Shown: positions 21,013 to 32,416, numbered from the stretch's first letter. The stretch: 64,000 nt of DNA from an uncultured Planctomycetota bacterium (GCA_963737655.1 CAVTTN010000002.1:7104001-7168000), one strand, 5' to 3'. Notes: a model not told the origin generated them from the letters alone. Program-made: numbers and translations.

Positions 21013-22404
21013 GTGTCCCGTATCGAGGAATACGACCTGGTGGTGCTTGGCAGTGGACGGGGTAGGTTTTTCGCCTGGTCACTGGCATCGAAGGGTAAGT
21101 TGACGGCGGTCGTTGAGCGGAAGTATGTCACGGGTTCATGCCCGAGCATCGCGTGCCTCCCGAGCAAATACCTGATCCACGGCGCGAAGGTGGCCAGTTA
21201 TTTCCGCAGGGCATCCGAATTCGGGATCGCGTCCGGCGAATGGAAAGTCGATATGCACGCCGTTCGCGATGGCAAGCGGAAGGTGGTCGATGGGATGGTC
21301 GCCCTGAATCATGAGAGATATCGAGAGAATGGTGCCGAGTTCGTCATGGGCCAGGGCCGTTTCATCGGGCCGAAGACGATCGAAGTCGCGACCACCGACG
21401 GCGGGACTCGCACCCTTCGCGGTGACATCGTCGTGATCAACACGGGCTCCCGCTCGCGAATCGACCCAATCCCCGGCCTCGCCGATGCGCGACCGATGAC
21501 GCACATCGAGGTCCTCGAGCTGGATCGCGTCCCGGAACGCCTCGTCGTCCTGGGGGGCGGATACATCGGGCTCGAGCTGGCCCAGGCAATGCGACGCTTC
21601 GGCAGCCGCGTTACGATGATCGAGCGGAACGACGCCCTGGCCCACCGCGAAGACCCCGACGTCTCGGAGGCCCTGAAGGAACTCTTGGGCGACGAGGGGA
21701 TCGAGGTCTTCACCGGCACGCGCGTCGAGCGTGTCGAGGGGCGTTCCGGCGAGTCCGTGAGGCTGCATGCGACGGGCAACGTGGGGGAGTTTGTCATCGA
21801 GGGCTCGGACATCCTCGTCACGAGCGGACGGACGCCGAACACCGACGGCATCGGCCTTGAGGCGGCCGGGGTCGAGAGGGACGACCGGGGTTTCGTCAAG
21901 GTCGACGAGCGCTGCCGGACGACGGCGCCCGGCGTGTGGGCGGTGGGCGATTGCGCCGGCAGCCCCCATTTCACGCACATCGCTGACGACGACGTCCGCG
22001 TGGTCCGGGACAACCTCGCTGGCATCGACCGAACGAAGGCGAATCGTCTCGTGCCTTTCTGCCTGTTCACCGACCCTGAATTGGCCCGGGTCGGCCTAAA
22101 CGAGTCGGAGGCGAAAAGTCGCGGGGTAGCCTACCGGCTCGCGAAGATCCCCGTGACCTCGATCCTCCGGTCGCGGACCCTGTCGGAGACTCGCGGCTTC
22201 TATAAAGCGTTGATCGCCGCCGACAGCGACCACATCCTCGGATTCACCGCGTTTGCCACCGAGGCCGACGCGGTAATGACGATCGTCCAGGTCGCGATGG
22301 GCGCCAACCTTCCCTTCACGTCCCTGAGGGACGCTATCATGACCCACCCAACGATGGCGGAAGGACTCGCCGCGCTCTTTCGGTCGGTACCCACCCAGTC
22401 CTGA
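21013..22404 (+). CDS. Flavin disulfide oxidoreductase (mercuric-reductase-like / RclA-YkgC type)
   Basis: GTG after the RBS AGGGAGG; GSCPSIACLPSK redox CxxxxC; GGGYIGLE, AVGD, THPT; no C-terminal CysCys. Confidence 0.88.
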   Translation: MSRIEEYDLVVLGSGRGRFFAWSLASKGKLTAVVERKYVTGSCPSIACLPSKYLIHGAKVASYFRRASEFGIASGEWKVDMHAVRDGKRKVVDGMVALNHERYRENGAEFVMGQGRFIGPKTIEVATTDGGTRTLRGDIVVINTGSRSRIDPIPGLADARPMTHIEVLELDRVPERLVVLGGGYIGLELAQAMRRFGSRVTMIERNDALAHREDPDVSEALKELLGDEGIEVFTGTRVERVEGRSGESVRLHATGNVGEFVIEGSDILVTSGRTPNTDGIGLEAAGVERDDRGFVKVDERCRTTAPGVWAVGDCAGSPHFTHIADDDVRVVRDNLAGIDRTKANRLVPFCLFTDPELARVGLNESEAKSRGVAYRLAKIPVTSILRSRTLSETRGFYKALIAADSDHILGFTAFATEADAVMTIVQVAMGANLPFTSLRDAIMTHPTMAEGLAALFRSVPTQS

Positions 22405-23137
22405 TGCCGGCTTTCTCCACGTAGGCGATCAGTGATCGCGCCGCGTCGAGCAGCAGCTTGCGTCGGCCTTGCAGCGTGTCGGCCGGGATCGCTTCGAGCA
22501 GATCGATGGCCTGCCGCTGGGCCTCAGACGGCGTGGAATTCTTGCTGAAGGCGGGGGCCTTGGGCTTTGTGGGCGCCAATTCAGTACCGGGAGGGGCGGG
22601 GTCCATGAAAGGTCCATTGGTGGTCGGGAGCAGGGAACTTGAAGCGGAATCAGTTCTCATCAGCTTGACGCAGCGCGTCGGTGTGGTCGACCGGATGGGG
22701 CCGGCTGGCCATGCCAGTGACCCCGGGACCGCTCCCACCAGGCGCGGTCGCACCGGCGGGCAAGGCCGTCAGTGCCGGGCCGGGCACGTCGGGTCCGACG
22801 GGGCCTGGGGGCCCCAGCCCCTTTGGCCCATCGACCGGGAGGGACCTCCCCCGGCGGGTCCTGCGCCCGTCTCCCGCTCCGGGCGGCGGACGCGACTGGC
22901 GCACCCACTGGGCCGGCCTGGCCCAGGGGTCCACCTCGCCGCTGGGCGGACCGATCGCCCCGGGCGGGGGCTGTCGCGGCGAGGCCGGCCGGGGCCGCCG
23001 GACATCCTGACCGAGCCCACCGTTCATGGCCCACCGCCGCGAGGCCCGGCCGGGGGCCGTTCCGGCGGGCCGGAGTCCGATCACCCCGCCCGGCGATCGG
23101 GCCGTCCCCGGGTCGTCGCGCAGGGACCCTCGTGAGA

Positions 23138-23304
23138 GTGGACGCGGCGTCCACGGCCGGACATCTCCCTTCCGGCCGACCGCTCCCGGTCGAAGATCGG
23201 GAACCGTCTCCCCGTCTGGTGCCGTCGAGGCTCGCCGCCGGGGATCGGGGCTGGGAGCGGCCTCGAGCCTCGGCTCCCCTGGTGGCGGTGGAAGCCGCGT
23301 CCAC
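23138..23304. repeat. Pair of 17-bp palindromes (23138-23154 C-type; 23288-23304 A/C hybrid)
   Basis: GTGGACGCGGCGTCCAC and GTGGAAGCCGCGTCCAC. Confidence 0.92.
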
Positions 23305-23799
23305 GCCCGACGGGCCACCTCCCGGCGAACCGGCCCGGGCCCGGGGGCCGGATGTCCCGGCCGCCTCATGGCGAGATCGCGCCGGCGCGGAGGCGGACCG
23401 GGCGCCGGCTCGACGGCCGTCGGCCTTCCCAGGGGATGCGCGACCGGGTCGCGTCCCGCCCGGCCGCCGCCCCGGCGGGGCGACCGGCGGGGCCGGGCCC
23501 GCTTCCCGTCGAGGCGCCGGCGCAAGGCCCCCGACGACCGGGCGTCACCGGCATGGCCCGCGCCGCCTCGCCGGCCGGCCCTCCCCGCACGTCGAGGGAC
23601 CTCTCCCGCACCGAGCCGCGGCCATGATCGGCCATCGGCCCTCCCCCGGGCCGGGGATCGGATGCCCGGCCCCTGTTCGTCAGCGGGCGGGGCCGGTGTA
23701 CACCGCCAGCTCGCCGCCGGCCTCGTCGCCCCGGGCCGAGACCTCGGGCGGTAGCGGGGCCACGCGCATGGCCTGATCGCGCGACTCATCCGATCGAGG

Positions 23800-24110
23800 T
23801 GAGTTCGTTAGCCCACGCCTGCCGGCGAGAAAAAACTCTGGGAATTTCCCTCCGGCCGATCCGGTAGTCGTGGACGCGGCGTCCACGACGCGTCCTGACG
23901 TCCTCCGTATCCGACGCTCGGTCGGCCTCAGGCACTCCGGCCCAGAAGGTCGGACAGGGACCTCCGGGCTCGGCGTCCGTCGGGTGGAGGGACGTCCCTT
24001 TGAACCCCGCCTCAGGAGGACTCGGTCGGGATGGGTGGACGCCGCGTCCACCCCGCCGCGTCCCGGGCCTCGGTCGGGTCGTAGGAGGCCCGGCCCATCG
24101 ATCCCCGTGC
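23800..24110 (+). repeat. Element-end module, copy 2, with palindromes at 23870-23886 and 24035-24051
   Basis: Homologous to 10650-10935 (ggtcggcctcagg, gcgtccgtcg, gggatgggtgga, ggaggcccggcc). Confidence 0.85.
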
Positions 24111-24295
24111 TCCACCCGCAGGCTTCAATCGTTCCCCGTGGGGGCATGAGGGGCGGTCCGCCCGACATTGGCGGTGTGGCGCCCGGATGGCCCTCGGCGC
24201 CCGAGGATCGCTGCTACCGCTGGCCGGTCGAATCTGCTTTGATGGGGGCGGAGCCTCGCGATGGTGCGTTTCGCGGTCCCCGGGAACGATCTTCG

Positions 24296-27200
24296 ATGAG
24301 CGACCTCACGCCCAACCTGGACGAGACCACGCCCCCCGGGACGGCGCCGAGCACCTGGGCCGTCGTCGCCCCCTCCGGGACGACCGCCCCCGCCGTCCGC
24401 CTCCCCGACGACTCGCCGGAGGCCGCCGCCGGTCCTCCCGGCCCGACCGCCTCGGCGGGCCGCTACGAGATCCTCGACGAGATCGCCCGGGGCGGCATGG
24501 GCGCCGTCCTCCGGGGCCGCGACCCCGAGCTCAACCGCGACCTGGCCATCAAGGTCCTTTTGGAGCGATTTCGCGACAATCCCGAGGTCCTCCGCCGCTT
24601 CTTCGAGGAGGCCCAGATCGGCGGCCAGCTCCAGCACCCGGGCATCGTCCCGATCTACGACCTCGGCGTGTTTCCCGACGACCGCCCGTTCTTCGCCATG
24701 AAGCTGGTGAAGGGGCGGACGCTCTCGGCGCTGCTCAAGGAGCGGTCCTCGCCGGCCGACGACCTCCCCCGGTTCGTGGGGATCTTCCACCAGATCGCGC
24801 AGACGGTCGCCTACGCCCACTCGAAGCGGGTGATCCACCGCGACCTGAAGCCGCCGAACGTGATGGTGGGGGCCTTCGGCGAGGTCCAGGTCATGGATTG
24901 GGGCCTGGCCAAGGTGCTTGGGGACGGAGAGTCCTCGGACAGCGCCCCGACCGAATCCGAGACCGTGGTGAGCCTGGTTCAAACGGCCCGATCCGGCGCG
25001 GAAAGCGAGGCCACCTCGGCCGGGTCGAAGATGGGGACGCCCGCCTACATGGCCCCGGAGCAGGCCCGGGGCGAGGTCGATCGGACCGACGAGCGGGCCG
25101 ACGTCTTCGGCCTCGGCGCGATCCTCTGCGAGGTCCTGACCGGCTCGCCCGCCTACACCGGCCGGAACGGGGCCGAGGTGATGCGCAAGGCCGAGTTCGC
25201 CGACATCTCCGACGCCCTCGCCCGCCTCGACGCCTGCAAGGCCGACCCGGAGCTCGTCGCCCTCGCCAGGAGATGCCTGGCCCGGGAGCCGGAGGACCGC
25301 CCGCGGGACGCCTCGGGGGTGGCCTCGGCCGTGGCGGGGCACCTGGCGGGCGTCCAGGACCGGCTCCGCAAGGCCGAGATCGCGAGGGCCGAGGCCGCCG
25401 CGAGGGCCGAGGCGGAGCGATCGAAACGGAAGCTGACGGCGGCCCTGGCGGCGGCGGTCCTCCTGGCCGGGGCGGTCGGCGGAGGCTCGTTCCTGGCCTT
25501 CCGGCTCGACCGTCAAGCGAAGCTCGCCGAGGCCGACCGGATCATCGGCGACGCCCTGGCCCGGGCCGAATCCGCGAGGGACGAGGCCCGCCGGTCGGGT
25601 CCCGAGGACACCAACGCCTGGCCCCGCGCCCTGAGGGCCGCCGAGGGCGCCGACGAGGCCATGACCGGCCGTCCGGTGCGGGCCGAGCTGGCCTCCCGGG
25701 TCGCCGCGACCCTGGCCGAAGCCCGAAGGGCCGACGCCGACCGTCGCCTGGCCGACCGCCTGGACGAGGCCCGCCTGCGGGCGCCGCCGTCAAGGACGGC
25801 TACTATGATGACGACGGGAAGCTCGCCGGCTATCACGCCGCGTTCCGCGAGGCCGGCCTGGAGCCGGGCAAGCGTCCGGCGGCGGAGATCATCGCTCGCC
25901 TCTCCGGCTCGTCGGAGGCCCCGCGGATCGCCGGGGCCCTGGACGACTGGAGCCGAAACAAGACGGCCGCGCCGATCAAGACCGATCTGATCGCTGTGGC
26001 CGAGGGGATCGACCCGGCGAACAACCCCATCCGGCAGGCGATCCGCTCGCGAGACCGGGCGACGCTCGCGCGGTTGACAGCCGACGACGCGGCCCGCCGC
26101 CTCTCGCCGGCCGCGGCCATGGTCGTCGCCAAGGCCCTGATCGCCCTGGGGATGCATGACGAGGCGATCGGCGTGCTCTCCGCCGCTCGGGCGCGACGGC
26201 CCGGCGACTTCTGGCTGAACCAGGATCTCGGGATGGTCCTTCTCGAAGCGCTCCCTCGCGGCCCGAGGAGGCGGCCCGTTTCCTGACGGCCGCCGCGGCG
26301 TTGCGACCGGAGAGCCCCGGCGTCCACCTGAACCTCGGTACGCGCCCTGTCCCATTCGGGTCGCCTGGCGGAGGCAGAGAGGGAATTGCGCGAGGCCATC
26401 GCACTCGACCCAAAGTACGCCATGGCGCACGCCAACCTCGGCATCCTCCTGGACGGTTCGGGCCGTGAGGCGGAGGAGGAGAAGGAGTACCGCGAGGCCA
26501 TCGCACTCGACCCGAAGGACGCCAGTGCGCACGCCAACCTCGGCATCCTCCTGGACGGTTCGGGCCGTGAGGCGGAGGCCGAGAAGGAGTACCGCGAGGC
26601 CATCGCACTCGACCCGAAGCACGCCAAGGTGCACGTCAGCCTCGGCATCCTCCTGTCCCGTTCGGGCCGCAAGGCGGAGGCGGAGAAGGAGGACCGCGAG
26701 GCCATCGCACTCGACCCGAAGGACGCCATGGCGCATTCCAACCTCGGCGTCCTCCTGGACGGTTCGGGCCGTGAGGCGGAGGCCGAGAAGGAGTACCGCG
26801 AGGCCATCGCACTCGACCCGAAGCTCGCCAAGGCCCATTTCAACCTCGGCCGCCTCCTGTCCGGTTCGGGCCGCAAGGCGGAGGCGGAGAAGGAGTTCCG
26901 CGAGGGCATCGCACTCGACCCGAAGGACGCCAGTGCGCACGCCAGCCTCGGCGTCCTCCTGTCCGGTTCGGGCCGCAAGGCGGAGGCGGAGAAGGAGTAC
27001 CGCGAGGCCATCGCACTCGACCCGAAGCTCGCCGGGGCCCATTTCAACCTCGGCCGCCTTCTGTCCGATTCGGGCCGCAAGGCGGAGGCGGAGAAGGAGT
27101 ACCGCGAGGCCATCGCACTCGACCCGAAGCTCGCCCCGGCGCACTACAACCTCGGCCTCCTCCTGTCCGGTTCGGGCCGCAAGGCGGAGGCGGAGAAGGA

Positions 27201-27900
27201 GTACCGCGAGGCCATCGCACTCGACCCGAAGGACGCCGAGGCACACTGCAACCTCGGGCATGTCCTGCGCCGCCTGGGCCGATTCCGCGAGGCCCTGGTG
27301 GAGCTGAGGCGAGGCCATGAGCTGGGCTCGGCCCGGCCGAATTGGCGTTATCGTTCGGACGAGTGGGTCGCGGAGTGCGCCACCTTGCTGGCGATGGAGG
27401 GCCGGCTCCCGGCCTTGCTCCGGGGTGACGAGGCCCCGAGGGACTCCGCGGAGCGAATGGCCCTCGGCGGGTTCTGCTACGACACCAAGCGGTTCGCCGC
27501 CTCGGCCCGACTCTGGGGCGAGGCGTTGGAGCGAGACCCCAAGCTCGGCGACGACCGTAAGGCCCAGCTCCGCTACAACGCGGCGTGCTCGGCATCGCTG
27601 GCGGCCTCGGGGGCGGGGATCGATGATCCGAAGCCCGACGAGGCGGCGCGAACCGCGCTGAGGGGCCGGGCCCTGGGCTGGCTCCGCGAGGAAATGAAGG
27701 CGTGGGAGGCTTTGGCCCGCTCGGCCGAGAAGAAAGACCGGGAGACCGCCGCTCAAACGCTCGGCCGCTGGAAGGGGGACGCCGACCTCGCCAGCGTCCG
27801 CGACCCCGACGCCCTGGCGAAGCTCCCGGAGGCCGAGCGGACGTCGTGGGAAGGGCTCTGGGCCGATGTGGATCGCCTCCTGGAGAAGGCCCGGCCCTGA
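24296..27900 (+). CDS. Ser/Thr kinase + TM + long TPR array, frameshifted near 25785 and 26260
   Basis: IARGGMG, LAIK, HRDLKPPN, DWGLAK, GTPAYMAPE; downstream frames continue with RPGDFWLN and TPRs; RYNAAC tail. Confidence 0.88.
26389..27260 (+). repeat. 102-bp tandem repeat (34-aa TPR), about 8.5 copies
   Basis: Anchor cgcgaggccatcgcactcgaccc at 26389, 26491, 26593, 26695, 26797, 26899, 27001, 27103 and 27205. Confidence 0.95.
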
Positions 27901-28043
27901 TCGCCCCGGCCCGGGGGGATCGCCGAGGGTCCCTCGCACGGTCCTGGTCGTCGGGGATCGGGAGAGTGCCCGGTGCCGAGGGCCGCATCGAGCGTCCCTC
28001 AGGGTGCGGTTCGATCCGTGGAGTGGCCGGGCGACGCCACGCC

Positions 28044-28142
28044 TCACGATCGCGACGCCCGGACCATCGCCATGATCCCGGCCCGGATCGCCTCGGGAAG
28101 CGTCGGCCAGGCGTCCACCACCGCGGCCAGATCGGCCGGGAA
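28044..28142 (-). other. Short att-proximal reading frame FPADLAAVVDAWPTLPEAIRAGIMAMVRASRS*
   Basis: Manual translation; start not determined; followed on + by two gggtcgca repeats near 28166-28185. Confidence 0.5.
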
Positions 28143-28315
28143 AGCCCCGGTTGGCGCTTCGGGGCGGGTCGCATTCTGGGTCGCAGTCGGGGGACACTTC
28201 CCGGCGGAGCCTGACGGCTTCCGGCGGGATCGGGGGTCGATGGGGATGGTTGCCGACCGACCGCAAACGCCTTCCCTGACGGCATTTGGCGTCGTCTGTC
28301 GGCTTGTGTCGGCAA

Positions 28316-28357
28316 TAGAGGGGACCGGACTCGAACCGGTGAACTGCGGATTCTGAG
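28316..28357 (-). other. 3' half of a tRNA (second att core); isotype uncertain
   Basis: Reverse complement ctcagaatccgcagttcaccggttcgagtccggtcccctcta has a perfect T-arm. The short variable loop argues against Leu(CAG); it may be a degenerate CAT tRNA. Confidence 0.7.
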
Positions 28358-28419
28358 GCGACCTACGGGGCCGGGGGAAAGCCGATAAAAGTCCCAGCCC
28401 GGCCTCATTTTACGCCCGG

Positions 28420-28523
28420 GACGAATTCTTGCAAGCCCTCGCCTACCGGCGTAAGAAGACGCGGGAAATCGCGGTGTTCCGGAGCGATCGCCGGTAAGAG
28501 TCGGTACTGGAAGCGGCTTCCAT
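28420..28523 (+). repeat. Element-end module, copy 3 (arm region + one A-type palindrome at 28507-28523)
   Basis: gcaagc..cctaccgg..aatcgcggt..ccggta matches the reverse complement of 55965-56045; TGGAAGCGGCTTCCA. Confidence 0.7.
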
Positions 28524-28573
28524 GGGGTGGGGGGCCGATGGGCGAGGGTGCGGTCTCGACCCGGGCCGAAGGC

Positions 28574-31515
28574 TTACCCGCGATGGACCTCGACATCCTC
28601 GGAGAGCCCCAGCTCGCGGAGGGCGGCCCTGGTCGCCTCGATCCTGGCCTCGTTCGCGGCGTCGGACGACACCACCTCGAACCGGACCTCCAGCTTCAGG
28701 CCGGGCGTGGTGGCCAGGGAGGACAGCACCTTCATGTAGAAGTTCATCCACTTCTGGGGCGTGATGGCACCCGTCCAACCGAACCCCTGGATGATCTTCT
28801 TCCGCCCTCCGCCTCCTCCTCCGCCTCCGCCTCCGTCGTCCGCGACGACCCGGACCTCGGCCGATCCCTCGACGGCACCGGACCGGGCGTGGACCCGGTG
28901 GGTCCCGGCCGAGTCCGCGACGAACCGGCCTTGCGGGTCGATCGAGCCGCCGGTGGACGACCAGGAAACCTCCGGGGTCGCCATCTCGCGCCCGTGCTGG
29001 TCGTAGCCGTTCGCGGTGAGGAGGGTCGAGACGCCGGGTCGGGCCGTCGCGCCGGCGGGCCGGACTTCCATCCTGCTCAGGCGGGGCGGCTCGATCAGTA
29101 GCCTGGCGTCCTCGGCGCGGAGGATCACCATCTCGTCGGAGAGCTCGACGTCCGACTCGACCAGGCCGGAGTCGGGCTCGAAGTGGAACGGCTCGTAGCG
29201 GTCGCCGCCGACCTTGCCGGCGTAGGCGATGAGCTTCTGGTTCACGCCGTCGGCGATCGTCCGGCGGACGGCGTTGGGGTTCAGCAGCCGGGGCAGCGAG
29301 GGGGACGCGAAGAAGGCGTCTCGCACCGCCCGGGTCGTCCACTCCCGGTTCGCCGGGGGCCACGCCTTGATCAGCTTGCTCGCCCCGACCCCTTCGGTGA
29401 TCTCGTCCCGCTCGCGGAGCCGGTTCACGTAGAGGTCGGCCAGCGACTCCGCCGCGCTGGAGTTGATCAGCCCCAGGTCGATGTGCTGGAGGGCGTTGTC
29501 GCGCCCCAGGAGGCCGAGGTGCTTGTACGTCCGCCAGACCGACTCCTTCAGGTCGCGGGCCGCCTTCTTCACGCCCTCGTCGAGTTGCCGACGCTGCGCC
29601 TCGTCGAGCCGCTTGACCGTCGAGTCGTCGTCCCGGATGTTCTCCCAGGCGAGCAGCTTCCTCGCCTCGTCGCGGAGGGACGCGTCGTTCTCGGCGACCG
29701 CGAAGATCAGGGCGCTCTTGAACGTCCGGCCCGACTGGCCGTTCTCGCGGACGATCTGGTCCAGGAGTTTGCGGGTGCCGGGATCGCTGTGCGCCAGCTC
29801 GGGCGGCATGACCACCAGCGTCAGCGCCGGGCGGTCGGCGACCTTGCCGGTGCCGTCCGGGAACGGCGCCCAATCGAGCCCGGCGGGACGCTTCTTGAAC
29901 GCCTCCTGGATCACCTGCCTGACCCGCTCGTCGATGTCCCGGGGCGAGACGCCCGAGCGGCGGTCGGTCAGCAGCTTGTTCAGGTTCGGGCTCATGCGGA
30001 ACCGATAGCGGTTGTAATCCGCCGACAGGTAGTAGCAGCCATGGCCCAGGGCCTCCAGCGCCGATTCGACGTTGGCGATGTCGAGGTCGGGCTCGGCGAC
30101 GGCCAGGCGGACCTTGGGGACGGTCGCCTCGGCCCGGGTCGTCCCGCCGTTGGATTCGAAGAAGATCGTCGTGGCGACCTTCTGGTGCAGCCTCGACTTC
30201 CTCACCGCGTCGTCGGCCTCGCGGTCGAGCCGCAGGGCGTGCGATTCCTTCTTCCCCGCGATGTCGGTCGTCACCGGGCCTTCGAGGTCGTCATTGCCCA
30301 ATTGCTTGAAGAGGGCGGCGCGGAAGTAGGGGTCGTCTACAGGCGCGGTCCCGAGCCCGATCAGGGGGTCGCGGTGGGCGCCCTCGAAGCCTCGCTTGTA
30401 AGCCTGGGAGACCCAAAGGGCGAGCAACCGGAGTATGCCTCGCGTCTTCTGGAACGCCTGGACGCTCTGCCACTTTCGTTCGAAGACCGAGATTAACGCC
30501 GGGTGGAAGGGGTATGTCGCCTGGAATCGCTCCCGGGCGTCCTCGGCGTCGAAGTCGCCGATCAACTGCTTGTGGTCCTGGACCCATTCGGCGAAGGCGG
30601 CGGCGGTCTTCTTCGCCTCGTCGGGCAGGCCCGACCAGTCGAAGAGGCGGCGGCGGATGATCTCGGAGTGGTCGGTCTCCCCCGACATGATCACCGCCTT
30701 GCCCAGCCGGTCGAGCAGCTTCTTGATCGAGTCGTGGTCCCGCTGGTCCTCCGGCGTTATCTCCAGATCGGAGGCGGGGATCGAGACGCACAGGACGAGG
30801 TCGTTCCGGCCGCGGGCTTCCTCGGAGAGGTTGTGGAGGAAGTGGTGGAACTGGGCGCCGAGGTTCTTCGGCTGGTTGCGGCAGTGGCTGATGTAATTGA
30901 TCAACTCGTCCATCAGGATGAGGGTTGGCCCGTCGGAGAGGAACGACCGGATCACGTCGCCGCCCGGCGCGACGCCCTCCGCGTCGTGGCGGGCGACGGC
31001 CGCGAATGCCGTTTCGCCCCCGAGCTGCCAGGCGATCTCGCCCCAGGGCGTCTTGCGGACCGGCTCCCCGTCGCGCCCCGGCCCGTCAGGGAGTCGAACG
31101 CGGTGCCGACGAAGACCGCCGTCGCGGCCCTGGGCACCTGTTTGACCTCGGCCTGGTCGAGGATCGCGTCGACGCCCTGCCAGTCGTGCGCCGCCGGTCC
31201 GCCTCGGGCCAGGTGGTAGAGCAGGGTCAGCGAGTGCGTCTTCCCGCCGCCGAACTGCGTGGCCATGTTGAAGACGGCCGAGGTCTCCACGGCGATCCCC
31301 GAGAGCCGACGGACCGCCTGGGCGGCCAGGTCCTTGAGGTTCTTCGTCAGGTACGTCCGCTCGAAGAAGCGGGCCGGCTCCTGATAGTCCCGGGGGGCGC
31401 GGTTCTCGCGGACGTGGTCCAGGTGGACGGCGAACTCCGAGGCGTCCATCGGACGCCCCTCGCGGAGGTCTTCGCGGGGCTGGATGACGTGGAACCAGGG
31501 CTTGAGCTTGGCCAT
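28574..31515 (-). CDS. DUF499-family AAA+ ATPase (frameshift near 31075)
   Basis: MAKLKPWFHVIQPREDL, SEFAVHL, Walker A TQFGGGKTH, Walker B LILMDE, YPFHP, FQKTRGILRLL. Confidence 0.9.
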
Positions 31516-32003
31516 TATTCTCCCGCCTGTGTCATGACCTCTTGCCAGAGGGCTGCCGACAATCGCATGCCTCGCGCCCGCAAGAGTTCGAGCGGGATGC
31601 GAACCGAACGGATCGAGCCCCGCGCCTTCGCGTCGAGAAGCAGGCGCAAGGTCCCCGGCTTGGGGATTCCCAGCCGGTCGGCCTCGGCGCGTGCCGCAAG
31701 GTCGTCGAGGACGACCGACGATCCCGGCATGTTCCGGGCCAGCGAGAGGACCGCGAGCTCACCGGCGTCGATCCCGACCCGTCGGATTTCCGCAGGGGGC
31801 GGGGGCGTGTCCACGACGGCGGGCCAGTCGCGAGCCGCCTCGGCTACGAGGCCCTCCGCAGGGTCGTGAGACGCCCCTCTCATCACCTCGTCGAAGACCA
31901 CGGACGGCACGAAGACCGGGACGCTCCCCTCGGGATCGCGGAGCAGGTCAAGCAACGACACCCGAGCCAGGTGGATCAATGGCGAGGCGTTCGCGACGCG
32001 CAT
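31515..32003 (-). CDS. PIN-domain protein (DUF3368-like toxin)
   Basis: VANASPLIHLA, VPSVVFDE, IDAGELAVL, VVLDDLAAR, GTLRLL; stop overlaps the DUF499 ATG. Confidence 0.85.
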   Translation of the reverse strand: MRVANASPLIHLARVSLLDLLRDPEGSVPVFVPSVVFDEVMRGASHDPAEGLVAEAARDWPAVVDTPPPPAEIRRVGIDAGELAVLSLARNMPGSSVVLDDLAARAEADRLGIPKPGTLRLLLDAKARGSIRSVRIPLELLRARGMRLSAALWQEVMTQAGE

Positions 32004-32400
32004 GGAGATCCTGTCCCACCTCCGCCCGGAGTTCCTCGACGCTCGTCTGGATCGCACTCACATTCGCGCGGCCGAGTGCGTCGATGAACTCGACGCGGGT
32101 CAGCCCGGCGATCTCGGCCCCTTTGCCCTGCGAGATCCAACCCCGATCGTACCAGAAGATGGCCGCGGACAGTCGCAACGCGCGGGCGAAATCCTCGTCG
32201 TCGCTCGTCACCGGGAGATCGATGTCGTCGGGCAGTTCGATCGTGATCGTCTTCGTGGTGCGCCTCCCCGTCTCGATGATAATCCCGGCCCCTTCCCGCG
32301 GGCGAGTTCCGCCTCCAGGTCTTCCTCGCCCACGTAGGACCACGGCACCTCGTGGCGCTTCCACGAACTCTTCCGGCACGTCGAGGCTCACCGTCGCCAT
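31948..32400 (-). CDS. UPF0175-family antitoxin-like protein
   Basis: LRLSAAIFWYDRGWISQGKGAEIAGLTRVEFIDALG; the N-terminal part may be a deleted duplicate. Confidence 0.8.
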   Translation of the reverse strand: MATVSLDVPEEFVEAPRGAVVLRGRGRPGGGTRPREGAGIIIETGRRTTKTITIELPDDIDLPVTSDDEDFARALRLSAAIFWYDRGWISQGKGAEIAGLTRVEFIDALGRANVSAIQTSVEELRAEVGQDLHARRERLAIDPPGSGVVA

Positions 32401-32416
32401 GAAAACCTCCCCACGA

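Noticed and set aside
20125..22404. 759-aa transposase-reductase fusion in the ORF track
   Set aside because: It is a chance read-through across the IS; the reductase has its own RBS and GTG at 21013
21013..22404. True mercuric reductase MerA
   Set aside because: It lacks the C-terminal Cys-Cys pair and the N-terminal metal-binding domain, and no mer operon genes are nearby
26389..27260. 102-bp repeats as CRISPR or TALE repeats
   Set aside because: They are contiguous in-frame 34-aa units with a TPR consensus (AHxNLG...A...Y..A..LDP), with no spacers and no TALE consensus
28316..28357. Functional tRNA-Leu(CAG)
   Set aside because: There is no 5' half or D-arm and no long variable arm; it is only an att fragment
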